A stretch of 63,985 nt of DNA, filler included, from Octopus bimaculoides (taxonomy: Eukaryota), in the NCBI RefSeq assembly GCF_001194135.2. It is 4 parts of 4 records of this genome, joined end to end, with 100 filler letters (N's around TTAATTAATTAA, not from the genome) between each part and the next. Parts side by side here need not be neighbours in the genome. Positions count along the whole stretch, not along the records: positions 1 to 16,945 come from NC_069005.1; positions 17,046 to 34,571 come from NC_068981.1; 2 more parts are not named here. One strand, written 5' to 3'. The stretch's first letter is position 1, and the number at the start of each line of letters is the position of its first letter. A model generated the notes under the pieces. It was not told the origin of the DNA and ran no database searches. It saw only the letters and a list, made by a program, of their open reading frames with translations. Below are positions 14,053-25,318 of this stretch, piece by piece. The position numbers and the translations under genes were made by a program.

Positions 14053-14770
14053 TATATATATTTTTGTATTAGCATCGTTGAATTTCTGTCAAACTGGAGT
14101 TCTTTTTAAACGTAGTACTCAATACTTGATACAAATGTGCCATCTCTCGTTACTAATCTTGATTTATCACAAACTATTGCCATAGTAGTTGTCTTCTAAT
14201 AGAGTTACCATTATTATTATTAGTCATGTTAATGGAACCCGACTTAGCAATATTAAGTCCAATGTTTTGATCAAAGTTGACACCAAAATTCGTTTTGATG
14301 TTGACATCAAAGCCATCTTAATACGATTATTAATATTATCGTTGCCATGATCATCAGTATCATCATCATCCACATCAAAATATAATAACTACAGAAGGCC
14401 TTATGGTCTTCGAAGGTTATCAGAAGCTGTATCTTTATACAAACACAACCTGATCGCAACCTGCCTCCCATGCGATACCTGAAATGTAACGATGAGCCAG
14501 GGGTTAGGGTCATTTGATACTAAGTCCTTTGTGTTTTGTCTCCTCAAACACTGCAGTACCAGCCTGGAGTTGAGGCAATGAAGAGTTAGCTGCTCATGTC
14601 GCACTTCCTCGCCTTAATAACCGAGCACAGACTTTGATACGCCCACCCAAAGCCATGGATCACATATTGTTCCACAGATCACTTAGAATCACTTTCAACT
14701 TTTCCCTCGCCGTCGTATTCAGACACACCTTTCTTCTCTTTATTCTCCAAGAGCTGATTCAGATCCAACG

Positions 14771-14886
<116 letters not shown>

Positions 14887-15287
14887 TGTTTCGTAACGCT
14901 AGCGATGCCATTGATTCGTTTATTAACATTTTAACGCTATCCTCCATATTTTCATGTGTACATGTTAAAATAAAAATTTCACTGTTTACAAAAGTATCTG
15001 CTTATTAAATTGTCTTCATTTTTGTTTTCTGCCCTTTCCTTTTATAAATCTTTTCTTTTCTGCTTTTCGTCTTTTTTGTATTTTTTTTTTTGTATTTTTT
15101 ATGCTTTATCTTGGAGCATATCTGTTGCGACCAGGTTTGTGGCTATCACCACTTCCCAGTTCCCCAAGAGAAACCATATTAAATTGCGCGTAAACAATAT
15201 TTTCAAAAAATATTAAAACTACGAAACTGCCTTCCATGCTACGGCAATGAGGTGGACAACCAAATGTTCCATATCCACCTACTAACC

Positions 15288-15362
<75 letters not shown>

Positions 15363-15377
15363 TAACAACAACAACAA
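15288..15377. repeat. (TAA)n grading into (AAC)n microsatellite
   Basis: Direct reading. Confidence 0.95.
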
Positions 15378-15542
15378 ATTGTACTTCCTTATTTTACGAG
15401 AAGAGCGACGGCAGATAGGAAACGTAAGAATAGACACACATACACACATGTATATATACGTGCGTGTTTGGACTGGTTCACGTGCGTCTGTGTGCGTGCG
15501 TCTGTGTACGCGTGCGTGCGTGTGTGTGTGTGTGTGTGTGTA

Positions 15543-15574
<32 letters not shown>

Positions 15575-15704
15575 CGCGTGTGTGTGTGTTTGTGTGTATG
15601 TGTGTGTACGAAATACATCCGTTATCAAAGATAACTCGAGGTGAACGATAAAAAATATCGTCAACAATATAATGGATTTCAAAATATTTCAACAATAATA
15701 CAAT

Positions 15705-15816
<112 letters not shown>

Positions 15817-15986
15817 AGCAAATGCAACATTACAATTAATATTATCATGATTAATATTGTTGTTGTCGTTGTTGCAGAAATGTCTTCCCATTTCCTCCTC
15901 TTATTAATGCTAATGCTATTATAACTAATGCATATTTATTGGACTTTAATAACATCTTTATGGATTGTTGTTCTACCTTTTATCGG

Positions 15987-15987
<1 letters not shown>

Positions 15988-16040
<53 letters not shown>

Positions 16041-16230
16041 CAGTGATATTATTATTATTATTATTATTTTCATTATTATTATTTTCATTATTATTATTCT
16101 TGTTGTAGTTGCTGTTCTTGTTCTTCGTTTTGCTTGGGGAAGTGCATTTTCTCTATTCTTTTGTCATCAATCCATTTTTCTTCTCCATATCATCATCATC
16201 ATCATCATTAAAATCATTATTATTATCATT

Positions 16231-16265
<35 letters not shown>

Positions 16266-16505
16266 TAAAATCATTATTATTATCATTATCATCATCATCA
16301 TCATCATCATCGTCATCAACATCATCATCAAATTTCTTCTGGTATTTATCCTCATAAGCTTCATCGTCATCATCTTGATCATCACCAATACCATTTCCAA
16401 CATCCCCGTCGGCGTTACCATCATCATCAATACCACCACCACCACCATCAGCATCAACGCCATCATCATCATCATCATCATCGTCATCATCATCATCATC
16501 ATCGT
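15988..16505. repeat. Compound triplet tract (AGT)n, (ATT)n, (ATC)n, with an internal duplication of the atcatcattaaaatcattattattatc block
   Basis: Direct reading. Explains the poly-S/I/D/M ORFs in the track. Confidence 0.9.
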
Positions 16506-16906
16506 GAATGAGGAAATGAATGATTACTTTAGAAAAAGAGAACGAGTAGCTAGGCATTAGAAAGCGTGGTGTGTATGTGTGTGTGTGTGTGCGTGTGTGT
16601 GTGAAACGAAGTAACAAAAAGAATAGGTGTGTTATAAAGGAGGTGAGTGAGTTGTACTTAGGGGAGAGAGAGTGGTTGGCGTGGTATGACGTGAAGATGT
16701 GATAAAGTATGACGGAAAAATATTATACTTCACCACACATGCATCGAAAACAAATAGCGACCTACCAGAAACTCCCTTCTTTAGTGCCTCTATGAACATC
16801 TTCCCCGCCCACACGAAACAAATACACACACACACACACACACATACCTACATACATACAAGCATGCATACAAACATACGTACATATAAGCATACATGTA
16901 TATATA

Positions 16907-16945
<39 letters not shown>

Positions 16946-16989
16946 NNNNNNNNNNNNNNNNNNNNNNNNNNNNNNNNNNNNNNNNNNNN

Positions 16990-17001
16990 TTAATTAATTA
17001 A
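16990..17001. other. Assembly spacer TTAATTAATTAA flanked by 44 N on each side (also 34616-34627 and 58769-58780)
   Basis: Identical 12-mer three times, always N44-12-N44 = 100 bp. Palindromic with TAA in all six frames. Confidence 0.9.
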
Positions 17002-17231
17002 NNNNNNNNNNNNNNNNNNNNNNNNNNNNNNNNNNNNNNNNNNNNATAATATACACACGCAAACATATGTATGTGTGTGGTGTTATTAAGTTATACATGG
17101 CCTGGGCAAGTACTGCTTATATATCTAAGTATATGTGCACACACACGGACATATTAATACAGCTATGAATATGCTTATATACATACATGTACGTATGTGA
17201 TTACTGCTGGGTGTGTGTCTATGTCGGAAAC

Positions 17232-17270
<39 letters not shown>

Positions 17271-17612
17271 TGTATTCATGCACACACACACACAAACACA
17301 CACACACACACACACACGAGACACTCCTTCCTGTCAGCTGTCGAATGGAGAAGATCACAACGGTTTCAACTTCCACCAACAATGCCACTCCCTCCAACAG
17401 TGTTGAACAGCACTGATGCTATCAAGTAATGCCGGTTTTTCTTTTTGACCCGTACTGCAGTCCGCCTGTTCCTTTCCGTTAATTTTGAAGCCGCCATACA
17501 AAACGACTACAGCTGTGGTCATTATTTCACTTCACTACTCGCTGATCATATCTTCTTTGCTCTTCTTTGTCATATTTCTTTGAAGTAGTTTAACTAAGTA
17601 CACTATAGTTCC

Positions 17613-17681
<69 letters not shown>

Positions 17682-18327
17682 NNNNNNNNNNNNNNNNNNN
17701 NNNNNNNNNNNNNNNNNNNNNNNNNNNNNNNNNNNNNNNNNNNNNNNNNNNNNNNNNNNNNNNNNNNNNNNNNNNNNNNNNNNNNNNNNNNNNNNNNNNN
17801 NNNNNNNNNNNNNNNNNNNNNNNNNNNNNNNNNNNNNNNNNNNNNNNNNNNNNNNNNNNNNNNNNNNNNNNNNNNNNNNNNNNNNNNNNNNNNNNNNNNN
17901 NNNNNNNNNNNNNNNNNNNNNNNNNNNNNNNNNNNNNNNNNNNNNNNNNNNNNNNNNNNNNNNNNNNNNNNNNNNNNNNNNNNNNNNNNNNNNNNNNNNN
18001 NNNNNNNNNNNNNNNNNNNNNNNNNNNNNNNNNNNNNNNNNNNNNNNNNNNNNNNNNNNNNNNNNNNNNNNNNNNNNNNNNNNNNNNNNNNNNNNNNNNN
18101 NNNNNNNNNNNNNNNNNNNNNNNNNNNNNNNNNNNNNNNNNNNNNNNNNNNNNNNNNNNNNNNNNNNNNNNNNNNNNNNNNNNNNNNNNNNNNNNNNNNN
18201 NNNNNNNNNNNNNNNNNNNNNNNNNNNNNNNNNNNNNNNNNNNNNNNNNNNNNNNNNNNNNNNNNNNNNNNNTATCTATATTGTATATATATATTTTCAT
18301 GGTTCCGGGTTCAGTCCCACTGCGTGG

Positions 18328-18432
18328 CAATGCCTCCACCAGCAATGCCTCCACCAGCAATGCCTCCACCAGCAATGCCTCCACCAGCAATGCCTCCACC
18401 AGCAATGCCTCCACCAGCAATGCCTCCACCAT
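18328..18432 (+). repeat. 15-bp minisatellite (CAATGCCTCCACCAG) x7
   Basis: Six perfect units plus one ending in T. Begins directly after a truncated SINE A head (catggttccgggttcagtcccactgcgtggc). Confidence 0.95.
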
Positions 18433-18830
18433 CGCCACAGTTAACAACATTAACAACAATAACAATGACAGTACCAGCGACATTGGCAGTTCTCCCCACA
18501 GCATCGACGGCAACAGCAGCAACAGCAACATCGCCATCAGCAACAATAATGGCAACAACAGCAGCATCAGTGGCAGTAACCCACGCAGAAACACCAGCAG
18601 AACCGTCGCTAACGACAGCTTTAGCAAGAACGACAACTCTCCCAACAATGACAAGAGCCACAATAGCAACAACAGCACCTTCACCATCACCGACAGTAAC
18701 GATACCATTACTGCCGCCGCCATCACCACCTCCAGCGGCGCCAACACCAGAAGTCCCAGCTCCAACAACAACGATGACGGCGGCAACAACAACAACAGCA
18801 ACACCAGCAGATTCAGACACAGCGCCGACA
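18433..18830 (+). repeat. Degenerate (AAC/AGC/ACC)n low-complexity tract
   Basis: Direct reading. Source of the N/S/T-rich and T/P/A-rich ORFs. Confidence 0.8.
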
Positions 18831-19167
18831 ACACACGCTCACGGAGACACATTAGATGTTCCGGCAACTCATTCAAGCAACGTCTCCCCGACCACAGGTA
18901 CTCCTTCAGATTTCCGGAAAGGAGTTACGTAACATCATTAGCCAGCCATGTATGGCAACTGAGAGACGATGGGATTCCATACTCGATCTCATAGAAAATC
19001 CTCGAGAACCCAGGCCCCTACATCAACGAGACAAATGATGCAAATTATGCATAGCTGAACGGGCGAGAATCCTAAAGGACTCCCTGGAACCAGGGACCAT
19101 CTTTAACTCCAGAACGGAGATTTTCGGGCCATGTTTATATTTCAGGAGGTTTCTGCTAGCCTTTTAG
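18830..19167 (+). mobile_element. Penelope-like element, decayed GIY-YIG endonuclease and C-terminus
   Basis: RHIRCSGNSFKQRLPDHRYSFRFPERSYVTSLASHVWQLRDDGIPYSIS*KILENPGPY...CKLCIAERARIL...FNSRTEIFGPCLYFRRFLL. Matches PLE YIG.T...FK.R...H..SF...T.LS.H.W.LK...Y.I.W.IL...PY...C.LCL.EK..I...LN.R.E...C.H..KFLL. Confidence 0.85.
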
Positions 19168-19804
19168 AGTCCACAAGATGGCAGCACAGCCGGAAGTCGA
19201 TATCCGACAGCCAAAGGAGATAATCCCCATTGTTACCTTTGAGTAGTGAGGCATTCCTTCCTCCATATTTTTAAGAGGTCTTGGGCCAACAGGTTTTGGG
19301 ATCTGGCGATACTCCATAAAGCTAAACTCTTTATGGACGGGAAATCTAAGGCAATTCCATAAACCTGCCTTCTCCATTTTTAACATATACTGCTCTATAT
19401 CTTACAGTGTGCTTCTTCTTTCGGATTTATATTTTTTACAGACATCTTCCTTGCTATCTGTTGAAATATCTGTCTTGGTGACGATAAAAGAACGTGAAAG
19501 TATTTTTCCTTGTAATAAAATGAGCGTTTTCTTAGAAAAGGAATCATTAAGAAACAATTGTTTTTCGAGAAAATACGTTACGTGCCAGCGCGCGCGCGTG
19601 TGTGTGTGTGCATATATATNNNNNNNNNNNNNTACAGCTATACGCATGGTTGCATTCTTAGAATTACAGCTGACCTTTGATTTACGCAACCCTAGTTACT
19701 GAGAATTTCAGCAGTAAAAATTTCTCTCGTGTGTTTCTCTCCCAGGAGGGTTTTCAAACACAGTTTGGATGTACTCCTACAGTCATTCAGTAGATATAAT
19801 AGTC

Positions 19805-19969
19805 GCAGACGTGGCTGTGTGGTAAGAAGCTTACTTCCCAACCACATGGTTTCGGGTTCAGTCCCACTGCGCGGCACCTTGGAGAAGTGTCTTCTACCAT
19901 AGCCTCATCCTCATGTCGACCAAAGCCTTGTGAGTGGATTTAGTAGACAGAAACTGAAAGAAGCCCGTC

Positions 19970-20041
<72 letters not shown>

Positions 20042-20113
20042 GTGTGTGTGTATTTATGTGTGTGTCTTCGTGTCTGTGTTTGTCTCCCCACCATCGCTTG
20101 ATAACCGATGTTC
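19805..20113 (+). mobile_element. SINE family A (head, central domain, internal (TA)n(TG)n, truncated tail)
   Basis: gtggctgtgtggtaagaagc...ggttcagtcccactgcgcggcaccttgg..aagtgtcttcta...aaagccttgtgagtggattt.gtagac.gaaactgaaagaagcccgtcgta. Confidence 0.9.
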
Positions 20114-20459
20114 CACTCTTTCTCTTATTGCTCCAAGTTTTCGATTTCGTTTCATAATGATGGCTGTTTAACCTGAACTGAGAATTGTAGTGCAATAAAT
20201 TTGCAGCAGTGTAAAAATAATAATTTCTGATTTAGATACAAAACCTGCAATTTTGATGTGAAGGAGTGATCAGTACTATGGACCTCGATACTAGATTGGT
20301 ATTTTATTTCTATATTCTTCATCTTGAGGCCGGCGGCTCATAAAGCTGGTTGTCAGGTTTCCGTGGTGTGTAAAGTGACCACAACATTCTCCCTTGAACA
20401 GGACACCAGTCCACTGCAGGGGTCACGACCAGCTATTTTGAAGAAAGAGGACAAGTCGA

Positions 20460-20830
20460 TTACATCAATCCCAGTACTTAATTAGTACTCTGTTTTATCG
20501 ACCCTGAAAGGATGAAAGCCAAAGTTGACCTCGGCGGGATTTGAACTTAGATCGTAAAGAGCCGGAAGAAATTCCGTTAATCATTTTGTCCGACATGCTA
20601 GCTATTCTGCCAGCTCACCACCTTTTGTACTTTATTTTATCGACTCTGAAATGGTGAAAGGCAAAGTTGATCTCGGCAGGATTTGAATTCAGTGCATAAA
20701 GCGCTGAAAGAAAAGCTACCAAGCAGTTTGTTCGACATACTAACGATTCCACTAGCTTGGGACTTTATTTTATCGACCTCGGCGGAATTTGAACTCAGAA
20801 CGTAAGGATTCAAAACAAATAAAGACGAAC
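20460..20830 (-). mobile_element. Three head-to-tail SINE C fragments
   Basis: ttttatcgac...aaagttgacctcggc..gatttgaact recurs at about 20490, 20635 and 20765. Confidence 0.8.
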
Positions 20831-21396
20831 AAAAAGAAAATAAAAGATTAACAAGAAACGAAAATAACCTCCTTGCTGTCGTCATGAAAATGGAAGTGAA
20901 TGTTAGTGTCTTCTTTCGTATAAACAATTTTCAAAAGTGGAAAGATAAACGATTAAGGAGAAACTAAATCATCTTCCTTGCTATCTGTTGAAATGTCTGT
21001 CTTCGTGAAGATAACAGAATGTGAAAGTATTTTTCCTTGTAATAAAATGAGCGTTTTCTTGGAAAAGGAATCATTAAGAAACAATTGTTTTTCGAGAAAA
21101 TATGTTACGCGCCAGCGTACAAAAGAAAAGTATGGTTCACACTCCTACGTACCCTCAATTGTTCACATAGCTTTTTTTTTTTATCTCTCATTACTGGATA
21201 ACAACTTGTCGAAGATATATATGGTCAAGATAAACAATCATGGCATTGCGTTTAAGAAGCTTGTTTGCAAATACGTGATTTCACGTTCAGTCCAACGGCA
21301 CATTGAATATCTTCTACTATACCCTGAGCCAACCAATGAGTCGCTTCGGTTGACAGAAACTATGTGGTGGAAGCTCGTCGTATGTGTGTGTGTGTG

Positions 21397-21441
<45 letters not shown>

Positions 21442-21443
<2 letters not shown>

Positions 21444-21826
21444 AGGCGCAATGGCCCAATGGTTAGGGCAGCAGACTCGCGGTCATAGGATTGCAGTTTC
21501 GATTCCCAGACCGAGCGTTGTGAGTGTTTATTGAGCGAAAATACCTAAAGCTCCACGAGGCTCCGGCAGGGGATGGTGGCGAACTCTACTGTACTCTTTC
21601 ACCACAACTTTCTCTCACTCTTGCTTCCTGTTTCTGTTGTGCCTGTAATTCAAAGGGTCAGCCTTGTCACACTATGTCACGCTGAATATCCCCGAGAACT
21701 ACGTTAAGGGTACACGTGTCTGTGGAGTGCTCAGCCACTTGCACGTTAATTTCACGAGCAGGCTGTTCCGTTGATCGGATCAACTGGAGCCCTCGACATC
21801 GTAAGCGACGGACTGCCAACAACAAC
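21442..21826 (+). mobile_element. SINE family B, near full length; tRNA-Arg-like head, RTE-type (CAA)n tail
   Basis: A box TGGCCCAATGG (21452-21462) and B box GTTTCGATTCC near 21496-21506. Body nearly identical to 38388-38735 and 58825-59163. Ends gacgga.tgccaacaacaac. Confidence 0.9.
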
Positions 21827-21827
21827 A

Positions 21828-22400
21828 GCGACCCTAATGATGTCCCAACTCAAATCAAATTTAACATTGTCGTCCTTGAGATCCCAAATCTTCGTGGCTA
21901 GAGTTCTGCCAGCCCTATGTCTTAATTCAAAGGAAGAATAGTGGTTAGGTAAGCGCTTCTTGAGATTACGGAGCAGCCGATATAAGTACACATTTGTTAA
22001 CCACATTTACTGCTAGACATCGACCTGAAAGCGGACATGATATTTTGTCTAAACAATTGCACCCAATATTTTGTAAGACTTGAAATTTATTATTACGGAT
22101 ACGCAATCCAACGTTATTATGGTGTAATAGTTCAAGCTCACGCGAGTTACTGGTGTTCGCATGGTTGTTACTGGGGGGGGGGTCTATGTTACCAGGATCA
22201 ATACTATTCTAATCGGTTGCCAAGTCCAGGGTCGGAGAATGTTGGCATTGAACATTGTCGTAAGAGATTTGGTTTTCAGATAGTGACACTTGAAGGTCGT
22301 GAGTGGGTGGTATAACGGAAAAATGTCCAGCACAGGTGTTAGCCTTCTGTGCGTCGAGCATGAATGGGAGTAGGGTGGGTGGTCAATACAGCTAGTGGAG
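21828..22400 (-). mobile_element. Penelope-like element remnant: RT-thumb region, Cys linker and GIY-YIG, frameshifted, cut by SINE B
   Basis: HPPYSHSCST...LD.FP.YHPL (thumb); GCNCLDKISCPLSGRCLAVNVV (CNC..CPL.G.C linker); TYIGCS; LKKRLPNHYSSF...TLATKIWDLKDDNVKFDLSWDII. Confidence 0.85.
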
Positions 22401-22559
22401 AGTGTATTAGGATTGTAGGGAGTGGTATGGTGCAAGCTTAAGCTAGCGGTAGTTGTGGCAGAGTTGTTACTGTTGCTACCCCCGTTTAATGGCAGGTTTT
22501 GTTGCTTTGTTTATGTCCCCTAGGTGGTTACATCCCCTAGGCAGTCTTTTTTAAAATTT

Positions 22560-22700
22560 TTATCAGCAAAAGAGACCGATAGAATAAGTACCAGAATTTA
22601 AAACAAAATATATACCAGGGTCGATTTCTTCAACTATAAACCTTTCAAAGCAGTGCCCCAGCATGGCAGCTGATGAAAGATTTGAAACAAGTAAAAGAGA
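22560..22700 (+). mobile_element. SINE family A, 3' tail
   Basis: gcaaaagagaccgatagaataagtacc...gggtcgattt...gtgccccagcatggc...gaaacaagtaaaaga. Confidence 0.8.
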
Positions 22701-22734
22701 ATCTATCGGAAACCCGTGGGGAAAAAATTACAAA

Positions 22735-22955
22735 GATATTCTTTTCTACCCTAGGCACAAGGCCCGAAATTTTGGGGTAGGGGGGCCAGTCGATTAGATC
22801 GATCCCAGCATGCAGCTGGTACTTAATTTATCGACCCCGAAAGGATGAAAGGCAAAGTCGACCTCGGCGGAATTTGAACTCAGAACGTAAAGACAGACAA
22901 AATACCACTAAGCATTTCGTCCGGCGTGCTAACGTTTCTTCCAGCTCGCCGCCTT
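22735..22955 (-). mobile_element. SINE family C, near full length
   Basis: Reverse complement of ggcggcgagctgg.agaaacgttagcacgccgg.cgaaatgcttag.ggtattt.gtctg.ctttacgttctgagttcaaattccgccgaggtcgactttgcctttcatcctttcggggtcgataaattaagtaccag. Confidence 0.9.
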
Positions 22956-23315
22956 AAAATTACAAAGATATTGTCGAAGCAATCTTGGAGGAAGTAACTG
23001 GAAACTATGGACGAATGTTAGAAGAAGCTTAATGACCGGAAGCATGGAGTGGCTGTCTGAAATTCCATGTGGTAAAAGTTGCCGTGAAAAAGCATCCCAT
23101 TGGATTGAAATTCCAAGTATTGAGAGAATTTGAAACTGGTTAAGATCTGACGTATGTAGGCAGTTATTTAAAGTAGGTTACAATAATGGCTAGAACCATC
23201 AAGATAATGGTTGTGAAATATAAGTTTCTAACATGACGGCGTTATTCATGTCCGCAAACAGATGGTTCGTTCAAAGAGTAAATTTCTGGTAAAAGTAAAA
23301 GTAGGAAACATACTT

Positions 23316-23363
<48 letters not shown>

Positions 23364-23373
23364 NNNNNNNNNN

Positions 23374-23431
<58 letters not shown>

Positions 23432-23629
23432 TCAACGAAGAGAAACACAACATGCCGTTGATCCAACTTACCATTACTGAGTAAGAAGCAAAGAGCGTCT
23501 TTAGACATTTACCACATGAAGGATAATTCAGAAATATTCACAGCTGGTAGGGAGTTGTTGTATAGGGTTAACAACGGCACAACCTAAAAAACATCTGTAC
23601 CTCTGTTGAAGCTGTAAGTGCGTATACTG

Positions 23630-24000
23630 GGTTGTGTCATACTTTTTGTTTAGCAATGAAACGATATTGCCAAGAACATAACCTTCAGTTGGTGATTGAT
23701 CATGCCCAAGGCAACTTCCATAATTCCAATGCCCTTCAGACCTGCCATCCCTGTCGAAGTAGTTTACCTACCACCAAACATCATTTCTGTACGCCAACCC
23801 ATGTGTCAGAGTGTAATTTCGAATCTCAAGGCCTATTATTTCGACGCAGTTTCAAACAACTTTTGAAAAAAATAGGTTACTAATATAAACAATATGTCAG
23901 GAACTTGTGAAAAAAGATCTACCATATCAGGAAGGCCATATATGGTATTAAAGCAGTGTGGAACGAAGTAACGGAGAACTGAATAAAGAGAGTTTGGCGG
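23630..24000 (+). mobile_element. pogo/Tigger (DDE_1, CENP-B-like) transposase remnant
   Basis: FCLAMKRYCQEHNL...; after a frameshift VEVVYLPPNIISVRQPMCQSVISNLKAYY (compare VFLPPNTTS.LQPMDQG.I..FK.YY); then IRKAIYGIKAVWNEV...IKRVWR. Confidence 0.85.
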
Positions 24001-24014
24001 GGAGGTAAAAAAAA

Positions 24015-24145
24015 TTTGCCTCCAAACCACATGGTTCGGGGTTCAGTCCCACTGTGTGGCACTTTGGGCAAGTGTCTTCTCCTATAACCTCGGGTCGACC
24101 AAAGTCTTGTAGTAGACGGAAACTGAAAGAAGCCCGTCGGATATA
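24015..24145 (+). mobile_element. SINE family A, 5' half
   Basis: aaccacatggttcggggttcagtcccactgtgtggcactttgggcaagtgtcttct...gacggaaactgaaagaagcccgtcg. Confidence 0.85.
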
Positions 24146-24459
24146 TGTACACCGCCTATTACAGGAGCAACGCTTGAAATTTGGGGAAGAGGTTAGTCGA
24201 TATAATCCACCCCAGTACTTGAAATTCCGCAAGGTTCTAGTGATTCCGTCGCCTCGGCACTTTAATAATTGCTTCTAATATAGGTACTAGGACAGCAATT
24301 TCAAGAGGTAGGGTTTTGTTAATTAAATCGATCCCACTTCTTGACTGGTTTAACTTTATTTTATTGACTCCGAGGGTGGTGGTAGTGCCGTCGGTGGTGG
24401 TTGGGATGGCAGTGGCCGCGGCGGTAGTAAACCGGTTACGCTTTATGAACTTAATTAGC

Positions 24460-24675
24460 TCCTTTATTTGTCTCAGTCATTTGACTGCGGCCATGCTGGA
24501 GCACCGCTTTAGTCGAGCAAATCGACCCCAGGACTTATTCTTTGTAAGCTTAGTACTTATTCTATGGGTCTCTTTTGCCGAACCGCTAAGTTACGGGGGC
24601 GTAAACACACCAGCATCGGTCGTCAAGCGATGTTGGGGGGGGGGGTCAAACACAGACACACAAACATATACACAC
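24460..24675 (-). mobile_element. SINE family A, 3' half (5' half falls in the N gap)
   Basis: High similarity to the reverse complement of 51950-52140. Confidence 0.9.
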
Positions 24676-25222
24676 ACACAAATGTATACATATANNNNNN
24701 NNNNNNNNNNNNNNNNNNNNNNNNNNNNNNNNNNNNNNNNNNNNNNNNNNNNNNNNNNNNNNNNNNNNNNNNNNNNNNNNNNNNNNNNNNNNNNNNNNNN
24801 NNNNNNNNNNNNNNNNNNNNNNNNNNNNNNNNNNNNNNNNNNNNNNNNNNNNNNNNNNNNNNNNNNNNNNNNNNNNNNNNNNNNNNNNNNNNNNNNNNNN
24901 NNNNNNNNNNNNNNNNNNNNNNNNNNNNNNNNNNNNNNNNNNNNNNNNNNNNNNNNNNNNNNNNNNNNNNNNNNNNNNNNNNNNNNNNNNNNNNNNNNNN
25001 NNNNNNNNNNNNNNNNNNNNNNNNNNNNNNNNNNNNNNNNNNNNNNNNNNNNNNNNNNNNNNNNNNNNNNNNNNNNNNTAAATATGCAATAATAATTTGA
25101 TTATATTTACAATATTCGATTAAAGCATTGCTCATTTGTAATGGCTTTCCCGAAGGCTAGGCATCCGATCACCAGGGTAGACCCCTAACTTTTTCTTTCC
25201 CTTGTTTTTGGCTTCCACTTAC

Positions 25223-25318
25223 CTGGTGCCAAACACTCCCAGCTTCCACGCCACAGGCTTCCATCTTCTTATGAATCTGTCTCGTGACAGATACCTCTTC
25301 TCCAGCCTGATCTTACTA
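25223..25318 (-). CDS. Candidate 96-nt symmetric exon (xSKIRLEKRYLSRDRFIRRWKPVAWKLGVFGTx, or a first coding exon MEACGVEAGSVWHQ)
   Basis: Acceptor ttttttgttaccacctcag| and perfect donor CAG|GTAAGT. One frame is fully open; another has AAGATGG in good Kozak context. Next to a SINE A head fragment, so it could be chance or an exonised repeat. Confidence 0.35.

Noticed and set aside
16153-16617. Poly-Asp / poly-Met / poly-Ile ORFs (also 34620-35247)
   Set aside because: Translations of triplet microsatellites, open in several frames, with no splice or codon evidence.
18328-18432. Short tandem arrays as CRISPR-like repeats (also 25782-25829 and 55129-55182)
   Set aside because: No unique spacers; eukaryotic context.
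17590-18994. 428-458 aa ORFs on both strands
   Set aside because: They consist of (TG)n, an N gap, a 15-mer array and an (AAC)n tract. Only the last roughly 50 codons are meaningful (decayed Penelope endonuclease).
21442-21515. tRNA-Arg-like sequence as a tRNA gene
   Set aside because: It is the head of SINE B: no proper acceptor stem, and it continues into a repeated body.
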